NCBI GenBank assembly: GCA_029856525.1 | Contig: JAHQXC010000014.1 | Coordinates: 1-21,942, forward strand | Direction: 5' to 3' | DNA from: Candidatus Odinarchaeia archaeon | GTDB taxonomy: Archaea; Asgardarchaeota; Odinarchaeia; Odinarchaeales; Odinarchaeaceae | Length of the DNA stretch: 21,942 bases | In this document: positions 16,262-21,942 of the stretch, piece after piece | Position numbering within the stretch: position 1 is the stretch's first letter | Layout: each line of letters begins with the position of its first letter | Translations under genes and position numbers: made by a program | The notes under the pieces: model-generated | Seen by the model: the letters and a program-made list of their open reading frames with translations, nothing else | Database searches by the model: none | What the model was told of the DNA's origin: nothing

Positions 16262-17572
16262 TTAATAAATTTTAGGTTTCCCTGAGAGATTGAAGTAAAC
16301 TTTACGATAAGCGTTTATAAACAGGCTCTCTGAGAAACGGTTAACTATTCTCTCTCTAGCTTTTAAACCGGCTTCACGTTTATACTCAGGGTTTCGTAGA
16401 TAGAATAATATGGATTTAGCCATCAACTTATATTCACCAGGGTTTACAAGTAATCCGCATTCGTCTACAGGTTCTGGGACCCCTCCCACTCTTGTAGCTA
16501 CTACAGGTATGCCGGCGCTCATCGCTTCAAGTAAAGCTAGAGGCTGAGCTTCAGATATGCTTGAAAGAGCGAAGACATGGAATCTAGAATATAATTTCTC
16601 GGGCGTGTATGTTTCAGGTAGGATGTGAAAGTGGTCTTCTAATCCGAGTTCTTCTATTAAAGCTACGGTTTCGTTATAGTAGTCTAAGTCTTCTTTCGGA
16701 CCGATGAACTCGAATCGAACATTAGGCTGCTTATCCACTACAAGGCGGGCTGCTTTAATCAGTGTTTTAACATCTTTTATAGGGTTTAATCTAGCTACGG
16801 TTCCAACTGTTAACTCTTCACTCTGCTCGCCGTCCTTGTTTCCGGTGAAAAGATTATAATCGACGCCGTTAGGTATAGGCTTAATCTTCTTATAATCTGC
16901 TCCAAGCTTCAATTCAATTGGGATGTGAGCTCCGGTAACCGGGGCTATTATATCAGCTGATTTAAAAGAGAATTCTACGAGTTTACCTATGAATTTAAGC
17001 AGTCTAATCTGAGTGTGGTCTTCTGGTTTTAATATTTTAGGGTGGCGTAGTTCATCGGGGAAATCTACTCTGCTAAGTCTTAGAACCCATTCTTTATAAT
17101 ATGATCCGTGCTCGGTGACTATTACAGGTTTATTATATATTCGCTTAGCTAGACCTGCGATTAAACCAGCGTAACCCGCGTTTAAAGCATGGTAGACGTC
17201 TGCTTCAGGGATCGGTACGTTGAAAACTCTCTCTAAGGGTTTTATGAATCCTTCATTCAAATATGTGTTTGTTTGAAAACGTGAGGCTTCAGCTTGAAAA
17301 AACTGTTTAATTTTTCTAGCTGAATCATTCTCGCATGGTTGAATGCCTTGCTCGCTAGACTCAGAGTTGAAGTCCTCCCATATAGGATGTAAGTATACTT
17401 CTTTAACGTTTTTAGGAGGCTTATAATTAAATTTTATTCTTCTATCAGGGGTTAGGGAGATTATCTCGAACTCTACATCCGGCATCTTAGATATTAAGGT
17501 ATGTGTCCATTTGCTGACTCCGCCTATTGAAAGCGGATAGGTGCCTTCTGTGATCAAGCAGACCTTAGTCAT
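16262..17572 (-). CDS. pelF: GT4-family glycosyltransferase PelF (DUF3492 + GT-B)
   Basis: VCLITEGTYPLSIGGVSKWTHTLI, YHALNAGYAG, VTEHGSYYKE and SSISEAQPLALLEA closely follow PelF signature motifs. Confidence 0.8.
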   Translation of the reverse strand: MTKVCLITEGTYPLSIGGVSKWTHTLISKMPDVEFEIISLTPDRRIKFNYKPPKNVKEVYLHPIWEDFNSESSEQGIQPCENDSARKIKQFFQAEASRFQTNTYLNEGFIKPLERVFNVPIPEADVYHALNAGYAGLIAGLAKRIYNKPVIVTEHGSYYKEWVLRLSRVDFPDELRHPKILKPEDHTQIRLLKFIGKLVEFSFKSADIIAPVTGAHIPIELKLGADYKKIKPIPNGVDYNLFTGNKDGEQSEELTVGTVARLNPIKDVKTLIKAARLVVDKQPNVRFEFIGPKEDLDYYNETVALIEELGLEDHFHILPETYTPEKLYSRFHVFALSSISEAQPLALLEAMSAGIPVVATRVGGVPEPVDECGLLVNPGEYKLMAKSILFYLRNPEYKREAGLKARERIVNRFSESLFINAYRKVYFNLSGKPKIY

Positions 17573-17582
17573 ACGGCCACCA

Positions 17583-17603
17583 TTATGTAGTTATACTACA
17601 TAA
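17583..17603. promoter_or_regulatory. Inverted repeat TTATGTAGT-TAT-ACTACATAA over the predicted pelF transcription start
   Basis: Perfect 9-bp arms centred about 25 nt downstream of the minus-strand TATA-like TTTTTAAA (about 17626-17619) and 10 nt upstream of the pelF ATG. Confidence 0.55.
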
Positions 17604-17646
17604 CAATAGTCAAACACGTTTAAAAACCTTACGTAAAGTAGCGAAA

Positions 17647-17877
17647 CTAAGAAGCGCAGCCTATAAAATCACATGGTTTATACATGTCATTAAAATAAAG
17701 AGCATCAATTATATTATCTTCTACGCCTTCTGAGTCATCAGAATCCACTGAAACACTTATAGACGGGAGATAGCTGGACATGAAACCTCTTAAAATTAGA
17801 CTCCGCTGTAATGTTAGACATCGCCTGATTTTTTCGAATAAAGATTCGATTTCGTATTCTAGCGACATAATGCTCAC
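17647..17877 (-). CDS. Hypothetical small acidic protein (76 aa, or 73 aa from ATG 17868)
   Basis: Fills an otherwise empty gap, is co-oriented with its neighbours and has TTTATATA 23 nt upstream. No family recognised. Confidence 0.45.
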   Translation of the reverse strand: MSIMSLEYEIESLFEKIRRCLTLQRSLILRGFMSSYLPSISVSVDSDDSEGVEDNIIDALYFNDMYKPCDFIGCAS

Positions 17878-17950
17878 TTATAAAATTAGCAATATGTTAT
17901 ATATAAATTTTTCTAAAATCTCAAAATAGGAAATAAAAAATTGCGAAAAA

Positions 17951-18439
17951 CTATATTATACCTGAATCCCTTATCATCTTTAAATGATCGAAAGCCAGCT
18001 GCAGGCTAGAAACCTCTTCAACACTGAAAACGCGTATGTCAGCAGCGTCACTGCTAGCCTTTAAGACACCGTTTAAAAACTCGCATAGAAAACAAATAGA
18101 GATAACATGGCCGCGCGGATCCCTGTTTGGATTAGAGTAAACACCTACAAGCCTGTTAATTTTAACAGTTAAACCTGTCTCCTCGGCGACCTCTCTAAGC
18201 AAAGCATCTTCCACAGTCTCCCCGTATTTCACTATACCACCGGGAAGCGCCCAGAATTCTTTAAAAGGTGGGAAACGTCTTTTAATAAGTACGATTCTAC
18301 CAGGCTCAAATAATATTATGCCGTCGACGGCCACAGTCGGCTGCGCTGGAAAATTAGACTCATCCCAGCTTCCAATATTAGTTTTCGATTTAGCTAGAAG
18401 CTCAGTTAATTTATCAGCGATACTCTCTCTATCCGCCAA
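17951..18439 (-). CDS. Nudix hydrolase (ADP-ribose pyrophosphatase-like)
   Basis: Nudix box GGIVKYGETVEDALLREVAEETG, plus WALPGG and RDPRGH. Confidence 0.92.
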   Translation of the reverse strand: MADRESIADKLTELLAKSKTNIGSWDESNFPAQPTVAVDGIILFEPGRIVLIKRRFPPFKEFWALPGGIVKYGETVEDALLREVAEETGLTVKINRLVGVYSNPNRDPRGHVISICFLCEFLNGVLKASSDAADIRVFSVEEVSSLQLAFDHLKMIRDSGII

Positions 18440-18468
18440 AAGTAAACCCCTCTTATAGTAGGAGAGTG

Positions 18469-20106
18469 TTAAGTTAACCCGTAAAACTTTTTATAAATCT
18501 CTGAAGAAGTCAGCGCTTTAATATCCCTTTTATAATAGCCGTCTCTTAGCTTACGCCCGGTTTTAGCCTCCCACTCTTCTATACTTAAACCATACTTAGG
18601 TTGAATCACATCCCTGTACAACATTGAAAGTGTGTTAAAAGCGCAGAATGGAATTAAACGGTCGTCAGGGGACAGATAAATAATATTACACCTCTTCACC
18701 CTGTTTACATCATAATTATATAAGTCCATGAAATGCATCATGCCCAGAAATAGAGTCTTCATGTGAAAGTCGCCTAGAGCAGAGTAATCATGCTGCATGA
18801 TAATTTTTAAAAGCATTCTAGTAATCTTCAAATCTTTAGGTTTCCTCTCATTATCAATGAACTTTCTTAAATTATATAAAAGTTTTAAACCAACCCAGTA
18901 CTTGCTCTTCCCTTTCTCTAGTTCATCAGCTTTCTCCGCGAGGTACTCGAAGAACCCGTCTATGTCGATAAACTGGGGTATAGGAACATACTTCCCGTCA
19001 TCTAGGAAAACATATGTGCCTAGACCGCATGCGAAATGGTTTGTAAAGTTTAGCTGCTGCCGTTTAGTTATCGCTGAAACGATTCGGCTAATCGCGCCTA
19101 CACACGGCACAGTATACCAGTCATCTTTAGTTATCTGCCCGTTCGTCTGCTCTTCGATTCTTTGAATAACATCTGTTGAAGTGATTCTAAGTTTATCCTT
19201 TTCAGCTCTAGTTATCCTGCCGGTTAAAGAGACGGGTTGAAAGTTAACCCCGCGAACCACATCCAGGTTTCTGAAAGCTACATCTATAATATTACCTAGG
19301 TCATGGTCGTTAACAGAGTTGATAACAGTAGGCACGAACACAATCCCCATGCGGCCGGCTTCCCTGCAGTTTTGAACTACGAAGGGCACCTCCCAGTGGT
19401 TCTTAGGATTAGTTTCAGGCGATACACCGTCGAAGCTTAAATAGACAGTGTTAACTCCAGCGGCTCTAATCTGCTTCGCGAACTCTTTATCCATTGCTAG
19501 CCTTAAACCATCCGTGTTAAATTGAATATGGCGGACACCCTCTTCTCGAATAGCTTTAATAACTTCTATAATATCTTCGCGTATAGAGGGCTCTCCTCCT
19601 GTGATTTGAACCGCTAACCCTGGGACCGGTGTTACGCTACGGAAATTTCTAACCATACGCCTAATCTCATCGATGCTAGGCTCGAAAACATAACCAGCTT
19701 TCTCAGCGAAGAAGAAGCAATACCAGCAGTTTAGATCACACCTGTTGGTGACGACTAGATTCGCTAAAGCTGGCCCGCTTAAATGAATCTTGCAGAAACC
19801 GCAGCTTAAAGGACAGACAGGGTTCTCGGATCGATTATAAGGGTTGCCTATACCGTAGCCGTCTTGAGCGTATTTACGGCTCTTCAAATATAATTCAACT
19901 GAACTCCAGTAAATCTCCTCGATATCCCCGTGCACATCACATCTTCTAGTAATATATACTTTTCCATCTCTTGAAATAATTTTAGCCGGGAGAATCTTAT
20001 AAACACCGTTAATCCAACACTCAGGGCAAATCGACTCAGTTAAATCTAGAATATTCTCCTCTCTACCTGTAGTAGGCGTCGTGGTTGAAATTCTTTTAGC
20101 GGTCAT
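18469..20106 (-). CDS. tes: Tetraether lipid synthase Tes / GDGT-MAS (MJ0619-family radical SAM)
   Basis: TESICPEC...RCDVHG, CPLSCGFCKIH, TNRCDLNCWYC, QITGGEP, HFACG and RCNIIY..DRLIPFC give the multi-Fe-site architecture of Tes. Confidence 0.85.
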   Translation of the reverse strand: MTAKRISTTTPTTGREENILDLTESICPECWINGVYKILPAKIISRDGKVYITRRCDVHGDIEEIYWSSVELYLKSRKYAQDGYGIGNPYNRSENPVCPLSCGFCKIHLSGPALANLVVTNRCDLNCWYCFFFAEKAGYVFEPSIDEIRRMVRNFRSVTPVPGLAVQITGGEPSIREDIIEVIKAIREEGVRHIQFNTDGLRLAMDKEFAKQIRAAGVNTVYLSFDGVSPETNPKNHWEVPFVVQNCREAGRMGIVFVPTVINSVNDHDLGNIIDVAFRNLDVVRGVNFQPVSLTGRITRAEKDKLRITSTDVIQRIEEQTNGQITKDDWYTVPCVGAISRIVSAITKRQQLNFTNHFACGLGTYVFLDDGKYVPIPQFIDIDGFFEYLAEKADELEKGKSKYWVGLKLLYNLRKFIDNERKPKDLKITRMLLKIIMQHDYSALGDFHMKTLFLGMMHFMDLYNYDVNRVKRCNIIYLSPDDRLIPFCAFNTLSMLYRDVIQPKYGLSIEEWEAKTGRKLRDGYYKRDIKALTSSEIYKKFYGLT

Positions 20107-20189
20107 AAAGCTATCACTTCAAAACTATAAGAAGTTATATAAATATTATAAATATTTTCCTACATTTCAGCATATAAATAGTATAATAC

Positions 20190-20804
20190 TTAGAAGCCAC
20201 CGTGTTTTTTACGATATCTGAAAAATCTCTTAATAACCGCATACTGCTCGTAGTGGGTGATAGCTGCATGATGATATTTAGTTTCAACTTCTTTAACAGC
20301 ATCATCCGGGTAGTAGCCTATATCAATAAGGTAAATAGCTAGCATTGTACCAGTCCTGCCTAAACCATTCCTACAATGAACTAAAACAGATTTCCCTTGG
20401 GCTATCATTAATCTCACAAACTGGAGGAAAAGTTTAATCTGGCTTAGAGAAGGAACCCTTACAATCGGTAGGAAAAGATAGTCGAATCCCAGGGTTTCAA
20501 TGAAATTCTTGTTAAGAGGCTCTAACCTTAACGTGACAATGCTCTTCACATTCTCATATTTCAACCAAGCTAGCTCGGCTAGAGAATTTAGCTGAGCTGA
20601 CCCGGCGATAATATCTTTAATCAGCCATTTGAATAGAGGCGGAGGCCGTAGATCACCTTCAACCTTCTTAATAAGATCGTTGAAATCCACTTTCTCATAA
20701 CGGGAATAAACAGTTTCGAAAGGAACGATACCAGTATCCTTACGATCCTCGTCTCCACTATCCTTACCAGCGTCGCTTCTCCAAGGTTTGAACACTACAA
20801 CCAC
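20190..20804 (-). CDS. Dual-specificity protein phosphatase (DUSP23/Tk-PTP-like)
   Basis: VLVHCRNGLGRTG (HCX5R), PSLSQI and ITHYEQ; about 60-aa N-terminal extension. Confidence 0.85.
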   Translation of the reverse strand: MVVVFKPWRSDAGKDSGDEDRKDTGIVPFETVYSRYEKVDFNDLIKKVEGDLRPPPLFKWLIKDIIAGSAQLNSLAELAWLKYENVKSIVTLRLEPLNKNFIETLGFDYLFLPIVRVPSLSQIKLFLQFVRLMIAQGKSVLVHCRNGLGRTGTMLAIYLIDIGYYPDDAVKEVETKYHHAAITHYEQYAVIKRFFRYRKKHGGF

Positions 20805-20917
20805 TAATTAATAAATAGAATCTGAAAAATATAAAAATACTATTAAAAATGAAATGGAGAATTAACGCTAAAAATAACCGAGCTAATATATTAAACTTGA
20901 ACATGGACTCGAAGAAT

Positions 20918-21942
20918 ATGAAACTCAGCCTAGTATATATTCCCCCTGAAGAAGAGAGATATAATAGATGCTACCCTTCTTTTCCACCTCTTGGCATAGG
21001 ATATATAGCAGCATATTTGAGAAAGAAAAAACATGATATAAACGTGTACGATGTCACTTCTGAAACAGACAGCTGGCTTATAGATAGAATACTAGAAGAA
21101 AACACTGATATAGTAGGTTTCTCAGTGTATCCTTGGAATGCGGAAACAGTGCTTAAAATAGCTGAGAAAATAAAAAGAGAGGATCCGGCTGTGAAAATAA
21201 TTTTAGGCGGGCCTGAACCGTCTTATAACCCGGAGAAATATATAAAGCAGAGTGTCGTAGATGGAGTGTGTCGGGGTGAAGGAGAGTATGTATTCTTAAA
21301 TATAGCTGATAATAAACCGGTAAACCTTTACACTTCGCGAACTAAAACCCCTATTCAAATAATCGAAAACCTTAAAGAAATCCCTTCCCCTTATCTTGAA
21401 CAAGTATTTAAACTTGAAAAATATCATGTTTTCCCGTTTCAAACTCATAGGGGATGCGCTTATAAGTGCAAGTTCTGTAGATGGCAGTATCCTGGGCCGG
21501 TAAGATATTATTCTATAGAGCAAGCCGCCAGGGAACTAGAATATTTAAGCCGGATAAGGAACCTATATGTTTTACAATGTATAGACGCAGACTTCTTATA
21601 TGATCGAAATTACGCTAATCAATTACTGAAAAATCTCGTCGAGAATCATGTGAAATTCCCGCAGGTAAATTTCGAAGTCTACTATGAGAATTTCAATGTG
21701 GAAGCCGGTTTACTTATGAGTAAAATAGCTGAAAGCGTTATAATCGCATATGGTTTAGAAACCGCTTCTCAAAAAGTTTTAGAAGCTTCAAATAAGAGAA
21801 TAGATTTAAAAATTTTTAAGAGAAAAGTTAAGGAGGCAAAAAACATCGGTTTAAAAGTTCAAGTTAATCTCCTAGTAGGTCTACCTGGCCAAAACTGGGA
21901 GAGCATCGAGGAAACCCTTGAATATACTAGGGAACTTGACCC
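20918..21942 (+). CDS. B12-binding radical SAM protein, 3'-truncated by window, with apparent 1-nt frameshift near 20966-20968 (main frame from ATG 20968)
   Basis: Main frame is open from 20968 to the window end: FPPLGIGYIAAYL, DIVGFSVY, ILGGPEPS, GEGE, RGCAYKCKFC (CX3CX2C, 21455-21478), YGLETAS, LLVGLPG. The expected N-terminus MKLSLVYIPP is in another frame from 20918. Confidence 0.85.
   Translation, partial: MKLSLVYIPPEEERYNRCYPSFPPLGIGYIAAYLRKKKHDINVYDVTSETDSWLIDRILEENTDIVGFSVYPWNAETVLKIAEKIKREDPAVKIILGGPEPSYNPEKYIKQSVVDGVCRGEGEYVFLNIADNKPVNLYTSRTKTPIQIIENLKEIPSPYLEQVFKLEKYHVFPFQTHRGCAYKCKFCRWQYPGPVRYYSIEQAARELEYLSRIRNLYVLQCIDADFLYDRNYANQLLKNLVENHVKFPQVNFEVYYENFNVEAGLLMSKIAESVIIAYGLETASQKVLEASNKRIDLKIFKRKVKEAKNIGLKVQVNLLVGLPGQNWESIEETLEYTRELD

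Noticed and set aside
17583-17603. Palindrome as a dif-like Xer recombination site
   Set aside because: The TTATG/CATAA half-sites face the opposite way to dif (CATAA-N6-TTATG) and the spacer is only 3 nt.
997-21523. Short ORF-track entries overlapping real genes (997-1197, 1458-1712, 2567-2788, 3990-4397, 5177-5365, 5960-6460, 9213-9512, 9549-9770, 10125-10358, 11096-11326, 15073-15282, 16032-16217, 18797-19165, 21296-21523)
   Set aside because: Antisense or alternate-frame shadows of well-supported genes, with no recognisable motifs.
1-21942. CRISPR array, tRNA or rRNA genes
   Set aside because: No regularly spaced repeats, cloverleaf or rRNA-like sequence seen in any intergenic region.

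Overview
AT-rich archaeal genomic window. Two longin-like proteins, a tetraether synthase, TATA-box promoters and GGTG/GAGG ribosome-binding sites fit a thermophilic Asgard archaeon (possibly Odinarchaeia-like), which is an inference. The left third holds a COG1149 ATPase/NifB-NifX/DUF134 cluster, PadR, TIGR04076 plus a radical SAM enzyme, an ABC-2 exporter, an ArsC-like::NhaA fusion and a 34-aa RCKP zinc-ribbon microprotein missed by the ORF track. It also holds two related ~190-200 bp TnpB-less IS200/IS605 mini-elements that appear to keep only the ends, a TATA box and an omega-RNA-like scaffold. The centre (8128-17572) looks like an archaeal Pel-type exopolysaccharide system: a UDP-HexNAc 4-epimerase, two longin-like proteins, a KaiC-like ATPase and a 1297-aa deacetylase::PelG-like fusion. 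These converge on pelF, which is followed by a catalytically dead tyrosine recombinase with a double zinc ribbon. No PelD/PelE homolog is visible in the window. The right end holds a Nudix hydrolase, tes (GDGT synthase), a dual-specificity phosphatase and a B12-binding radical SAM gene with an apparent 5' frameshift that runs off the window. No tRNA, rRNA or CRISPR array was seen. All family assignments come from motif recognition by eye, not database searches.
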